From the IMG/VR virus record IMGVR_UViG_3300028833_000058: 64,000 nucleotides of DNA; one strand, 5' to 3'. This stretch comes from a virus. Its lineage: Duplodnaviria; Caudoviricetes. Under the pieces are notes generated by a model. The model saw only the letters and a list, made by a program, of their open reading frames with translations. It was not told the origin of the DNA and searched no databases. Positions within the stretch are counted from its first letter, which is position 1. Every line of letters begins with the position of its first letter. The translations under genes were made by a program, and so were the position numbers. Positions 29,664-40,309 of this stretch are shown piece by piece.

Positions 29664-29734
29664 TTTTATCTTAAATCCTTTGGTTTAAATCATATATATA
29701 AGAACTAAAAAAGAATGTCTTATACGTTAAAAAA

Positions 29735-32700
29735 TTAACTATTTTGTTCATCTTGGTTAGGTATAATGTCTATTGCTACACTTTTTGTAGATTGAGTATA
29801 ACTAATTCTAGCTACTTTACGTAATCTTTCACGAATGTTTGAATTACTAGAATTTTCTGGTATGTCTCTATAACTAGTTGTAGTGCTCAATTTCTGTAAT
29901 ATATACATGTTATCTAACTCTTCTTCTGCGTAAAATTTAGGTTCACATTCGTTACCTTGGTCATCTAAATTGAAGAATTTATAAATATCATGTCGTGGAT
30001 ATTCATCGTGATGATACTTTACAATGTTACCGTTTTTATACCCACGGATAGTGATGCTAACATCTTGTGATGATTGTACACCTGATACACTACCTAAAAA
30101 GGCACAATATAAGTCGAAAATTATGACATCATCGAAATCGTTCTTATATAAGTCATCTTTGAATGAATTTACATTTATTATAACGTTTTCTGTTGTATAA
30201 TAGTATGGCGACCCTTCATGCGTTCCTTGGTTGTGTCTACACCATTGTACCAAAGCGTCAGGGTTATATGCCATTTCACTTGTCCAACTGCCAATTTTAG
30301 TACTAACATATGGTATTTGTGCATAATCTCCTGTATAGTGACCAACAGCTATGTTGTAATTAGAGTTTTTACTATTAACAATCCTTGTAAATGTATCTAA
30401 GTGACTGCCATGACCAGGTATATGTGTATAACCAAATATCAAATAATCTACATCTTTTACTATGATTTGTTTAGAAACTGTTCCGTATGTATTGAATGAA
30501 AGAGTTGTTCCATTGTGGGTACTTGTCAATGTATTTGTATAATACCAACGATTTGTTGTTTGTTGAGATGTATCTTTCTTAAATTCTGCTTTAGAGCTTG
30601 TGAAGTTATATCTCATGTCTGTAAAATTGTATCTTACCCCATTGTTGTTATTTACATATGTCATGTTTGTAGGTAAAAGAACAGTAAGATTATCTATTTC
30701 AGTGCTGCCATTGTATACTTCTACAGTATCGTTGATTGTATATTTAGCTAAATCACAACTCCATATTGCATTGTCTTTAGTGTAAGAATAATGTTTGGTA
30801 TAATCTTCGTCATTTAGATTAAAACCATATTCTATTCTTGAATATACATTCTTACCATCGTTTAGACTTATGTATATTTTATTGTTTTGATTCAACATAC
30901 TTCTTAAACCTCTGGTCGGTTGTACACTATTCTCAATTTCTAATTTACTATCTACAATCACTTCATTGTAGTTTCCGTTATTCCAACCGACAGCTTGAGC
31001 TTCAGCGAATGTATACCAACCTAGACCAGTTTCAAGTGTCTCTTCTTCATTTTGAGGATTGTCGTTATTCATTGTAGCGAGTTTCCATTCGAATCTTGAA
31101 AACTCCTCGTTTACAGTAGCGTATCCTAAAGTCCAGACACCTTTTTCACAAAATACACTGTTTGGCCTTACATATTCAAATCTATTGTCTTTTACTATTT
31201 GTAATTTTCTTATCGTAGAACTATCTATCACCTTGGTTACATTTGATAAATCTTTACTTACGATATAACCCTCTTCTTTGTTATCATAATTTATAACAAC
31301 TGCGTAGAACCAATCTGTTCTGTCGTTATTTGGTGTGCATGTGACTGTAATAGTCGGCACATTATCTGTTATACCACATGATAAATTTGTTATAATAGGT
31401 GTTTCGTTTACATTTTTCTGTGTAGATACCCAATCTGTATGATTCAATTCTTCACATGGGAAGACACCAGTGACTCTTTCTACAATCTCAATGTCTTTTT
31501 CTTCTCCAGTCTCTCTATATAACTTTTCATCTCTACCGTAGTTTTGATAAAAATCTACAGAAACTTCCAATTCGTTATTATTTTTATATGAGAACGTAGG
31601 ATTTGTAAACATGTATGATTTTAACTCTAAAGGTGTGTTAGAAATAGCTTTTCTATATGGTAAAAAGTCAGGGTCATTACTGAAATATTGTTCTTCTACT
31701 TGATAAGTCTGTGTAGTCAATAAACTCATTGGTTGGACAGGCTCAGAACCATTGTTATTTGGGTTACCGAATACATACATTTGAGTTATTTGATGAATAT
31801 ATACGACAGTAGAAGCCATTTCGTAGAAAGTGTCTTTGAATATATTCATAAACGTATCATAGTCTAATTCTATTGGTATTTGTGCATAGATTTCGACATG
31901 GTTTGTTGGATACCAATTTTTATTTCTATCCCATTCATACCATGTAACCCAATGGCCAGAAATTTGTTCAGCTACAGAACCGAAATCGTAAAAATCAACT
32001 GGGTCATCTGTTATATACCCACAATCTACACTAGGCTCATTTGGTCCCATGACTGGACTTGTGACATAATCATTTTTTAAAGGTAACACAACCGATATAG
32101 TTTTTTCACCTTCTTGGAGAGTGTTAGAATATAAGATGTTATTTTCTTCATCTAAGACTTTATATGTATATGTTACGTTGTTATCTAGTGGAAATTCAAA
32201 AACAGTTTCATTGTCACTTGTTTCTGTTGAAGAAGGGAATATTCTGTGATTATCTGAATCATATAGAGTTACCAATAAGTTATTTGGTGTGATTGATATT
32301 ATGGCAGCTTTTGTTTCTCCATTTGAGATAACAGCTGGAACAACTACTTCGCTGCTTTGTCCAACGTATTCGTCAAGCACAGCTGTACTACCAGATATTG
32401 TATATCTATAGTCAGGGTTTCCAGTTGTAATCGTTGTTTCAGTTTTAGTTTTTAGTATGAAAGAAAAAGTTATTTCATCCCTAGATAAAGCTGGGCCAGA
32501 TTCTGTAGGATGGTATCTGTCAATGTACCCATCGTTTATAACTGGATAATTTTGATATCTTAAAACACCTTCAAAATTAGGACTATTTGCAAGATTAACT
32601 GCTCCATCAGCTAATTCACTTACTTGTCCAAAGTCCATGACATCTGTTTCATACCTTTCTTTATAATTTGCTCCTATTTCTTCTGGTGTTCTAAAGTCAA

Positions 32701-34033
32701 CATATCTTTGTGCTGGACCGTATTGGTCTGTGCTTTTAAGGTCTTTTATAGGTGTGAAGAGTTGTTGTATATTTAATATCTTTCCTTCGTTTCTAATTGC
32801 GTTATAAAAGTTGTAAGATGCTCTAGTTCCAACTGTGTTATAAAATGTTCTCAATTCTTCTACGAGTTGGTGTTTTTTCTCTAAAGTGAGGTTTGTGACG
32901 TTTATTTTTAGACCTAAAAAGTTAATCAAAGATGATATATTAGAAGAATCTACTTTGTTGATATTTCTTATATTTCTTAATCTTTGTATAGAATCATAAG
33001 TCTCATTTAACAAGACTTTCTGGAAACTCATTAAAAGTTCTTTAAACAATGTACCATTCAAATCATATTGAGATACATATTTCATTATAGAAGGTGCATC
33101 TGGTACAGTTATAAAATACTCTGTAGAAGTTAAATAAGTTTTTACAAATTTTTGTATAGTTAAACATTTTAGAGAACGTTTTTCGAAATCCTCATCTACA
33201 ATCATGATACAACCATCTGTATCGTTTTCATGTAAGAAAAACCCTGGTCTTACATCATCGATTGCTAACTTCGCTACTTTATCAAAAGTAATCATACAGT
33301 CATATGGATTTTCTATAACAAAACCTCTGTCATCTTTCGGGCCATAAGTTAAATATCCGATATTAGGTGTAAATATCAAGGTTAAGCAGTCTCTAGACAT
33401 TCTGTAATATTCTATGACATCAACACCTTGTCTAATTATAGTGTTTAGTCTTACATAACTACCAATCTTTTGTATATTTGTTGGAGGTAACAATTCACCG
33501 TTTTTAAAGAATATATACCTTTCTGTCGTATAATCTTTTAAAATAAATTCTTTTAAAATAGGATTCCAACTAAACTCATCTTCTACGTTACCTTCGTAAA
33601 ACATATCTGAAGAAGTGTATACAACCACATTGCTCATGAGGCTTTGAGAATGTATATTTTTTATTGTTATAGTGTTATTTTCTTTATCAATTATGTATTC
33701 TGATTGAGATAATTTATAGCCATTTATAAAAACTAAAACTGTGTCAGATAAATTTGATAAGGTATTGTTATATCTATCTTTTCCAGAAATAACTGTATTT
33801 GGATTGTTAAGATTTATAAGAAATTCGTAATAATTTGAGCTATCTGTAAATTGAAATAAATCAAGAGTTGTTTGTGGTTGATTTTTAACCATTAACAAGT
33901 TATCTGCAATTGTATAATCACCTTTAGAACAAATCAGACTGTCACTAAATAAAAGCGTTGTCATGTTTATGTTCTCGATAATCAGACTGCTTTCTACCTG
34001 TATTTTGTTTATTTTATTTATGAACTCAGACAT
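29735..34033 (-). CDS. Large baseplate wedge protein (gp7-like) with accessory domains
   Basis: Follows the gp6-like gene; LINFLG...FYNTVGTRASYNF resembles gp7/P2 gpI core motifs. Confidence 0.55.
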   Translation of the reverse strand: MSEFINKINKIQVESSLIIENINMTTLLFSDSLICSKGDYTIADNLLMVKNQPQTTLDLFQFTDSSNYYEFLINLNNPNTVISGKDRYNNTLSNLSDTVLVFINGYKLSQSEYIIDKENNTITIKNIHSQSLMSNVVVYTSSDMFYEGNVEDEFSWNPILKEFILKDYTTERYIFFKNGELLPPTNIQKIGSYVRLNTIIRQGVDVIEYYRMSRDCLTLIFTPNIGYLTYGPKDDRGFVIENPYDCMITFDKVAKLAIDDVRPGFFLHENDTDGCIMIVDEDFEKRSLKCLTIQKFVKTYLTSTEYFITVPDAPSIMKYVSQYDLNGTLFKELLMSFQKVLLNETYDSIQRLRNIRNINKVDSSNISSLINFLGLKINVTNLTLEKKHQLVEELRTFYNTVGTRASYNFYNAIRNEGKILNIQQLFTPIKDLKSTDQYGPAQRYVDFRTPEEIGANYKERYETDVMDFGQVSELADGAVNLANSPNFEGVLRYQNYPVINDGYIDRYHPTESGPALSRDEITFSFILKTKTETTITTGNPDYRYTISGSTAVLDEYVGQSSEVVVPAVISNGETKAAIISITPNNLLVTLYDSDNHRIFPSSTETSDNETVFEFPLDNNVTYTYKVLDEENNILYSNTLQEGEKTISVVLPLKNDYVTSPVMGPNEPSVDCGYITDDPVDFYDFGSVAEQISGHWVTWYEWDRNKNWYPTNHVEIYAQIPIELDYDTFMNIFKDTFYEMASTVVYIHQITQMYVFGNPNNNGSEPVQPMSLLTTQTYQVEEQYFSNDPDFLPYRKAISNTPLELKSYMFTNPTFSYKNNNELEVSVDFYQNYGRDEKLYRETGEEKDIEIVERVTGVFPCEELNHTDWVSTQKNVNETPIITNLSCGITDNVPTITVTCTPNNDRTDWFYAVVINYDNKEEGYIVSKDLSNVTKVIDSSTIRKLQIVKDNRFEYVRPNSVFCEKGVWTLGYATVNEEFSRFEWKLATMNNDNPQNEEETLETGLGWYTFAEAQAVGWNNGNYNEVIVDSKLEIENSVQPTRGLRSMLNQNNKIYISLNDGKNVYSRIEYGFNLNDEDYTKHYSYTKDNAIWSCDLAKYTINDTVEVYNGSTEIDNLTVLLPTNMTYVNNNNGVRYNFTDMRYNFTSSKAEFKKDTSQQTTNRWYYTNTLTSTHNGTTLSFNTYGTVSKQIIVKDVDYLIFGYTHIPGHGSHLDTFTRIVNSKNSNYNIAVGHYTGDYAQIPYVSTKIGSWTSEMAYNPDALVQWCRHNQGTHEGSPYYYTTENVIINVNSFKDDLYKNDFDDVIIFDLYCAFLGSVSGVQSSQDVSITIRGYKNGNIVKYHHDEYPRHDIYKFFNLDDQGNECEPKFYAEEELDNMYILQKLSTTTSYRDIPENSSNSNIRERLRKVARISYTQSTKSVAIDIIPNQDEQNS

Positions 34034-34035
34034 GG

Positions 34036-37000
34036 CTACTTGTATTCTTTAATCACTTCGTTTACTGTAATGTAAGTTGAAATTAGGAACTCATCAACTT
34101 CTGCTTCTATGTTATCAACAGGGTCTAAGACTTTACACCATTGTACGTTTGGAGTTGACATAACAGCTGTGTAGATATCAGAAAGTTTTAATCCTTTTCC
34201 AATATAATCTGGTGTTATCTTAAACAACTTGCTTACGTTGTTTTTGATTTCTTGAATTATCATGTTACTTGTTATAGAAGCACTTGTGGATAAAAATGCG
34301 TTTATTGTAATAGGAACTTGTCTTACTTTAGGTTGTACAAATTCCATATATGTCGTAAAATGATTATATTTTTCAATAATCGGTTGGTCTAAATGGTTTG
34401 TGTCTTGATTATCAATTCTGTTACCAACAAAAGAAGATACTACTTCAATATTGTTGTTTGAATCAATTGATATTGTACCGTTTTGACCAGGTGTTTGACC
34501 ATTGCCAGAAGCAAGTGTAATTGTGATATTCACTGTTAAACCAGTTCCAGACCCTTGTTCACCAATATAAGATGTTGTAACAGTACCTTGTTCGTTTTCT
34601 TGTATAAAGTCATTAGTAATACTATCTGTATTAACTAATAAGTTGTTTAACCAAATAGCTTGGGTTACTTCTCCATTAGTACCAGTAGCAGTTATTTTTA
34701 ACTTCAATTGCCCATTTGTACCGTCTAGTTGAACTACGTCATTTATCGAATAACCAGAACCGAGGTTACCAAATTTGATAGACTGGTATCCTATTCTATA
34801 AACATCTTTGTCTAGTAACATTTCACCAGCTGTTTTTATATATTGGGTACCTACTAAATTTGTACTTTCTTCTGAAGATTCTGTTTCACGTATCGTAACA
34901 GTGTATACACCGTTTACAATATTCATAACTTTAACTAAGAATATTGTTTTTACACCATCTTTGTCATACATATAAGCTAAAACGTTTCCGTCTTCATAAC
35001 CATTTTCTACAGTTATACCATTTGCTTTTACATTGTAGTTGTATAACAAATAATCGTCTTCGTTTATCAAATAATTATCTAAATAGCCAGTGTCTTCTTG
35101 TATTTCAGAATCATCATAAAGAACTTCTTTTGGACCAGGACTATATCTTGTAGGAAAGTTTACATTTAACTCGCCATTGTTTGCATAATTGATATAAGAA
35201 CAATCTTCTTCGTAAAGAAGTTTCATTTTATCAATATTTATTTTAGCATTTGTAGATGAGCTTGCCGTTTGTTCTGTACTATAAAATTCTATTACGAAGA
35301 TGTTATATTTTTCTACTTTATTTCCATTTAAACAGTTAGTCGGATACCAAGTTGTCCAATAATTCATTTCAGAGCTTGGTTTTTCAACATAGGTTTTATC
35401 AATAATTCTTGTCCAATGTTCACTGTTTCTAATGTTTTCATAAGAAGGATTAGCTTCTTGAGTAGCGTACATTGCAAATGTACCGATAAACCTTTCAGAT
35501 GGAGTGGCTTGGAATTTGACACCTACTATACCTTTTCCTTCTATATGGTCACTATAATCGATTATAATTTGTACAGGTTGGAGCAAAGAAGGTGTTTTCG
35601 AACTTTGATAATAATGCTCACTAGAAACGTTTGACCTGATATTTTTAATCGAACTACCATCAAAACCAGGTTCATTGTTTGGGTTATCATTAGTTTTGAC
35701 AAGGGTCTTTGTAAGTTTTTCAACAGATGTGATGTTCACTACTAAAGATGTACCTTTTGTATAGCGTTGGTTTGGTATAGCAGCACAAGGTCTTGATTCA
35801 CCTTCACCAGGCCATGCGTTAGGGTCAGTTGTATTTAATATTTGTTGTTGTAATTTCAAATTAGTTACGGCTCCTGTTGAATTTACATCAGTCACTAACA
35901 CACTCAAACCGTTTTCTAAAAGAACAATGTCACCTACTTTATAATCTTGACCAGCAGTGTCTATCTCGTTGTATGGTTCAAGTTGAATGAAATATGGGCA
36001 TTGTGAATATAAACTAGCTTGCCATTCTGGTAACAAACTATCTCTAGGGTCTTCTCCGTTGTCGTTTATGAATAAGAAGCCTTTAGCACCAGTGTCTTGC
36101 ATTAAAACAAACTTTGTTGGGTCAATGTTATTAGCAATTTTCAAAGAATAAGAACCATAGAATCCTCTGTTACTACCGATGCTACCAGTGAAATTAAAAT
36201 TGTTAGAAACATAACCAATGTTACTATATGGATATACTTCAAATGATTTCAAACCAGTGTAATAAACCATGTTCATCATGATAGAATCGTATGCACCAGC
36301 CATATTAGATTGTTCGTATTCACCCCAAACATTTGATGCTAAATACCCACATTCGTTGTCTAACATTGCAATATAATCTTGTCTACGAATAGCACGATGA
36401 CCAGAAGCATAAACCCAAGGTGAAGTCATACGCAATGTTTCAAGTGATTGTGTACCAAAACCACCATAGCTTGTAGAAGTTGTCTTAACGGTTAAATCTA
36501 AATCTTCTTGATTACCATAAGCATCTGTAAACATTAAACCGTTTTCTAGTTTACCATCAAGTCCTATTTCAGACGTATTACCAGATTCACCATCGTTACT
36601 TACATAGTGAATCAAAAGAGTACTACCAGCTACAGGTAAATCACCAAGTTGACCATTACCTAATTTTAAATAAGACCTACCATCTGAATCTGTTCTCAAG
36701 ACAAGCATTTTAGTTAAATTAGGGTCACTTACATAATTCTTTTCATAATCTAAGAAATTATCTGATACAGACCATTCTTCACCGTTTACATAAGCCCTAA
36801 CGTAGTTTTTGTTAGCTTTGAAGTCTGTAGAGAAATAAAAACGTTCGTAAGGAATACCAGAAGTAGTTTTTGTAACTTCTAGAGCTTCACCTTGTATCAA
36901 AACAATGTCTTTAACAGTTTCTACACCAGCAGGAAGTAATATACCATGTGGATTAAAATATTTTCTTCCATTGATAATAAAAGAAGTTTCAGCAGGAACA

Positions 37001-37320
37001 GTGATGTTCATACTGACTAAATTGTTTTTTGTAACAGTTGTTATAACCTGTGCTGAATTGTTTCCATGTATAACGTTTCCAAGAGTAACTGCTAACTGAT
37101 AAATACCTTCTCTACTGAAAGCTGTGTCTGTGTAACAGTTAGCCATTGTAGATACGATAAAATATTGTAAGAACGCACCATAACCAGCAAATACGTTGGC
37201 CAAAGCTGTACTTGTCTCAGATGGGTACATTGCAGCAAAAGTAGGTGAATCGTTTGCCCAATTTTCAATAATTGCGTTGCGTAAACTATCAATATCGTAT
37301 ACTATATTATCTAATTTCAT
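34036..37320 (-). CDS. Baseplate wedge subunit (T4 gp6-like/baseplate J)
   Basis: YDIDSLR, YTDTAFSREGIYQLAVTLG, LGNGQLGDLP, GGFGTQSLETLR...RAIRRQDY. Confidence 0.85.
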   Translation of the reverse strand: MKLDNIVYDIDSLRNAIIENWANDSPTFAAMYPSETSTALANVFAGYGAFLQYFIVSTMANCYTDTAFSREGIYQLAVTLGNVIHGNNSAQVITTVTKNNLVSMNITVPAETSFIINGRKYFNPHGILLPAGVETVKDIVLIQGEALEVTKTTSGIPYERFYFSTDFKANKNYVRAYVNGEEWSVSDNFLDYEKNYVSDPNLTKMLVLRTDSDGRSYLKLGNGQLGDLPVAGSTLLIHYVSNDGESGNTSEIGLDGKLENGLMFTDAYGNQEDLDLTVKTTSTSYGGFGTQSLETLRMTSPWVYASGHRAIRRQDYIAMLDNECGYLASNVWGEYEQSNMAGAYDSIMMNMVYYTGLKSFEVYPYSNIGYVSNNFNFTGSIGSNRGFYGSYSLKIANNIDPTKFVLMQDTGAKGFLFINDNGEDPRDSLLPEWQASLYSQCPYFIQLEPYNEIDTAGQDYKVGDIVLLENGLSVLVTDVNSTGAVTNLKLQQQILNTTDPNAWPGEGESRPCAAIPNQRYTKGTSLVVNITSVEKLTKTLVKTNDNPNNEPGFDGSSIKNIRSNVSSEHYYQSSKTPSLLQPVQIIIDYSDHIEGKGIVGVKFQATPSERFIGTFAMYATQEANPSYENIRNSEHWTRIIDKTYVEKPSSEMNYWTTWYPTNCLNGNKVEKYNIFVIEFYSTEQTASSSTNAKINIDKMKLLYEEDCSYINYANNGELNVNFPTRYSPGPKEVLYDDSEIQEDTGYLDNYLINEDDYLLYNYNVKANGITVENGYEDGNVLAYMYDKDGVKTIFLVKVMNIVNGVYTVTIRETESSEESTNLVGTQYIKTAGEMLLDKDVYRIGYQSIKFGNLGSGYSINDVVQLDGTNGQLKLKITATGTNGEVTQAIWLNNLLVNTDSITNDFIQENEQGTVTTSYIGEQGSGTGLTVNITITLASGNGQTPGQNGTISIDSNNNIEVVSSFVGNRIDNQDTNHLDQPIIEKYNHFTTYMEFVQPKVRQVPITINAFLSTSASITSNMIIQEIKNNVSKLFKITPDYIGKGLKLSDIYTAVMSTPNVQWCKVLDPVDNIEAEVDEFLISTYITVNEVIKEYK

Positions 37321-37361
37321 TTTATCTTTTTCCTATTACTCTCATATAGTATAAAGAACTA

Positions 37362-37736
37362 TTATTTTCCAGAAACTCTTGTTGAAATTGAAGATGTTAT
37401 GTTATTTAAACTTGGAACACTAAAAACAACGTTTACTTCATAACTATTCATGTCTACTCTATACACATGAATATCAGCTGGACTTAAACTAACTCTAGGT
37501 TCATTTTGTTCAATGTCTACATAAAGAAAAGCAACAATGTCAGCTGGTTCTACATTGTTTTCAAATAGCAAAGAATACAGGTTTGTTCCATAGTCACGAT
37601 TAAATGGAACAGTACCCTTTGGAGTTGTTAAAAGTCTTTCGATATTTTGCTTTATGGCGTTTAAATCATATACAATGCTGTTTAATTCTGCATTAGATGT
37701 ATTAAACTTTGTGTTCAAGTCTGAATAAGTCGTCAT
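37362..37736 (-). CDS. Baseplate wedge protein (T4 gp25-like)
   Basis: AIKQNIERLLTTPKGTVPFNRDYGTNLYSLLFE and EPRV. Confidence 0.92.
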   Translation of the reverse strand: MTTYSDLNTKFNTSNAELNSIVYDLNAIKQNIERLLTTPKGTVPFNRDYGTNLYSLLFENNVEPADIVAFLYVDIEQNEPRVSLSPADIHVYRVDMNSYEVNVVFSVPSLNNITSSISTRVSGK

Positions 37737-37784
37737 TACATGCTTCTTTATAAGGGAAATACATACATCAAATCTTCTCTTATT

Positions 37785-37791
37785 TAGAACT
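37785..37791 (-). promoter_or_regulatory. AGTTCTA motif, candidate late promoter
   Basis: 49 nt before the gp25-like start; AGTTCTT variants at 37354-37360 and 29700-29706 precede the next genes. Confidence 0.55.
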
Positions 37792-37825
37792 TATTTTTAG
37801 TATAATTGTTTATAAAATTTTGATA

Positions 37826-38587
37826 TTATCCAATACCTGTAGTAGTTGGTATATTACTCTCTCCAGTTTTAACTCCTTCAACAGTGTGTGTATGTCCAGT
37901 TAAAGTAACATTGTTACTATTTGCTCCAACTTCTGCTTTAGAGGTTATGTTTCCATCTACATCTAACTTACCTGTTATATGTACATCACCTTCTAATTCA
38001 ATTTTTGGTGATGTAACAGTAGCTTTTTCTGATGCTTTAGCTACAAGTGTTTTACATTCAACCGTAGCCGTTTTCTTAGTCTTTACAGTTATATCATCTT
38101 CAGCATTTACAGTAACTTTTTTGACTTTATCTACGTCAACGTCACCAATAAAGTGTACGATTATCTGGTTTTCGTCACCAGTTATATCTATTCCTATAAA
38201 CTGGTCTTCATCAGCAGTTATACCGTATGTATTTAGGTATTTATCACCATCTGGAGTATATTTTGTTTTTTTATAAAGTGCTCCTAGATAAACCAAGGAG
38301 TTTACGTCATTTTGAATAGCTAAAATAAGTAATTTTGTTCCTACTTCTGGTACACAATGGTCAAATTTAGGTGGAGTTTTACCTTTGGATTGATTTTCAG
38401 CATCATCACCCTCTATACCTCTAAAAGCTCTATCTACTCTTGCAGCCCAAGGTAATTTAGAATCCTCAATTTTATCATGTATTTTAGGTATACGAACTCT
38501 AACACGATAGTTTTTAGTTGGGTCATCATTATCAACTACTGTCGCAATGTAAAATGGATTTCTGTCATTTTTAGATTCTAAATACAT
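37826..38587 (-). CDS. Central baseplate spike (gp5 OB-fold/gpV-like)
   Basis: VVDNDDPTKNYRVRVRIP...LPWA...VPEVGT OB-fold, beta-helix repeats and an HTH (His-Thr-His) metal-binding apex. Confidence 0.9.
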   Translation of the reverse strand: MYLESKNDRNPFYIATVVDNDDPTKNYRVRVRIPKIHDKIEDSKLPWAARVDRAFRGIEGDDAENQSKGKTPPKFDHCVPEVGTKLLILAIQNDVNSLVYLGALYKKTKYTPDGDKYLNTYGITADEDQFIGIDITGDENQIIVHFIGDVDVDKVKKVTVNAEDDITVKTKKTATVECKTLVAKASEKATVTSPKIELEGDVHITGKLDVDGNITSKAEVGANSNNVTLTGHTHTVEGVKTGESNIPTTTGIG

Positions 38588-39879
38588 TAGTTCGTTTTTC
38601 CTTTCGTGTTAAATCCTTGCATTACAAATTGTATTTTTGTAGCCGCATGTTTTTGTGTAACGTTGACATCTATGGAAGCTACCATACATTTAGCACTTAA
38701 TGATTCCATTTTAATAAATTTATCATTTTCAGCATGTACATCATACTCAATGTTACAAGTGTCAAACAAATGAAATGCTTCAAAGAAAGGTAAGATAGAG
38801 TTTTTCGTTGCTATTGCTGTACTCGGTGAGAATCTGACAGATAAAAACGTTGAATATGTAGCTAAAATTTGTCTATTTTGAGTTAAGGCCTTAAAATAGT
38901 TTTCATTATGATTACCAACATTAAATGGAAACCAACCTTGACCTTGTTTAGCAGGGCCATTCTTACACACACAAGTTGATTCTGATGTCTTTGTTAATTC
39001 ATTAGACAAAATATTTTTATAATCGTATTCACATTTATCATCTTGCATAAAGTTGAATACGTCAGCGTCTATTCCATATGCACCTAATTTAACATTGTTT
39101 AATCCAAAAGGAACACTTGATACAACTGGTACGCCTAAAGACCCAACTCTTATGTTTTGGCAATTACCACCAGCGCAACCACATGATGAACAACCTGCTC
39201 CAGAGTTATTAGGATTAAAACATTTTACGATATTCTTATAATAAAGTTTTTTGTTTCTATCTATGGCCCACATCATAGCAGAAGTATCGTCTGCCCAACC
39301 ATATTGACAGCAGTAACTTAAGAATTGGTATATGTTACGTCCATTTGCAATCCAAAGTTGAGCATCTTTTGTGTTATCTATATCCTTTTCTGTAAACTTA
39401 TACTCTGTGGCACAATTTTCAAAGACTTTAGACGTTGTACAAGGACAATTTAGTACATTACCATCACCATATCCAGCAAGAAAATCGATGACACAATTGA
39501 GAATAACTCTTACGAATATACCATGGTCTTCTATTTTCTCAATACCAAATAATCTAAACACATAAGCTTTCTCGTTTAGCTTTTTTATCTCTGGTGGTAA
39601 TTCGTCATTTAATTTAAGTTCTATTGTAACCAATGTACCATCTGTCAAATATTGATTGTCAAGCCAAATATATGGGACTTCAACTTCAATTTTACAAGTT
39701 GGTACTATGTCAGATATAGATTCGTGTAAATTAAGACCGTAGATTGTACAGTAATTTGCCTTTTCGTTACTTGAATCATAGAAATAGATAGGCTCTTGAC
39801 CTTCAGGTACAATACCTAAAATCAAAGTGTAAAAGCCTTGTTCAATCGGCATACCTATTGTAGATTTTCGTTCACTCAT
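38587..39879 (-). CDS. Baseplate hub protein (gp27-like)
   Basis: Size and position between the gp53-like and spike genes; LHESISDIVPTCKIEV start typical of hub proteins. Confidence 0.6.
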   Translation of the reverse strand: MSERKSTIGMPIEQGFYTLILGIVPEGQEPIYFYDSSNEKANYCTIYGLNLHESISDIVPTCKIEVEVPYIWLDNQYLTDGTLVTIELKLNDELPPEIKKLNEKAYVFRLFGIEKIEDHGIFVRVILNCVIDFLAGYGDGNVLNCPCTTSKVFENCATEYKFTEKDIDNTKDAQLWIANGRNIYQFLSYCCQYGWADDTSAMMWAIDRNKKLYYKNIVKCFNPNNSGAGCSSCGCAGGNCQNIRVGSLGVPVVSSVPFGLNNVKLGAYGIDADVFNFMQDDKCEYDYKNILSNELTKTSESTCVCKNGPAKQGQGWFPFNVGNHNENYFKALTQNRQILATYSTFLSVRFSPSTAIATKNSILPFFEAFHLFDTCNIEYDVHAENDKFIKMESLSAKCMVASIDVNVTQKHAATKIQFVMQGFNTKGKTN

Positions 39880-39881
39880 GG

Positions 39882-40274
39882 CTATACTATCGTAATTCTC
39901 TTTCCAATTTCACTTTCTACTCTATTCTCAAGACTATTTGTTTCTGTGATGAAACTTGATATCTGGTCAGTTGAGTTAATAGAATATATCCAATTTTCTT
40001 TTATAGCAGTTAAAGGGTCGTCAAGTCTATTTAAAAATAAAATCCACCACCAATAATTTTGAGAACCTAATATAGAATGTTTAGCAACAAGTTCTGGATA
40101 ACCATCTTCGTCTTGGGATACAAGGTAACGTTGCATTTCTTCAAAAGAATACCAGTTGTCATTTAACCCTTGATATAACTTTTTCAATCCAGCGTTAACG
40201 TCAGAACAACCTTGTCCATTGTTATCAACAATTCTTTCTGTAAAAAATGAATCATATTTTATATTATTACTCAT
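39882..40274 (-). CDS. Baseplate wedge protein (T4 gp53/LysM-like)
   Basis: GYPELVAKHSILGSQNYWWWILFLNRLDDPL. Confidence 0.75.
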   Translation of the reverse strand: MSNNIKYDSFFTERIVDNNGQGCSDVNAGLKKLYQGLNDNWYSFEEMQRYLVSQDEDGYPELVAKHSILGSQNYWWWILFLNRLDDPLTAIKENWIYSINSTDQISSFITETNSLENRVESEIGKRITIV

Positions 40275-40309
40275 TGTTTGTTATCCTATTAGATTTCCAC
40301 CATTTCCGA

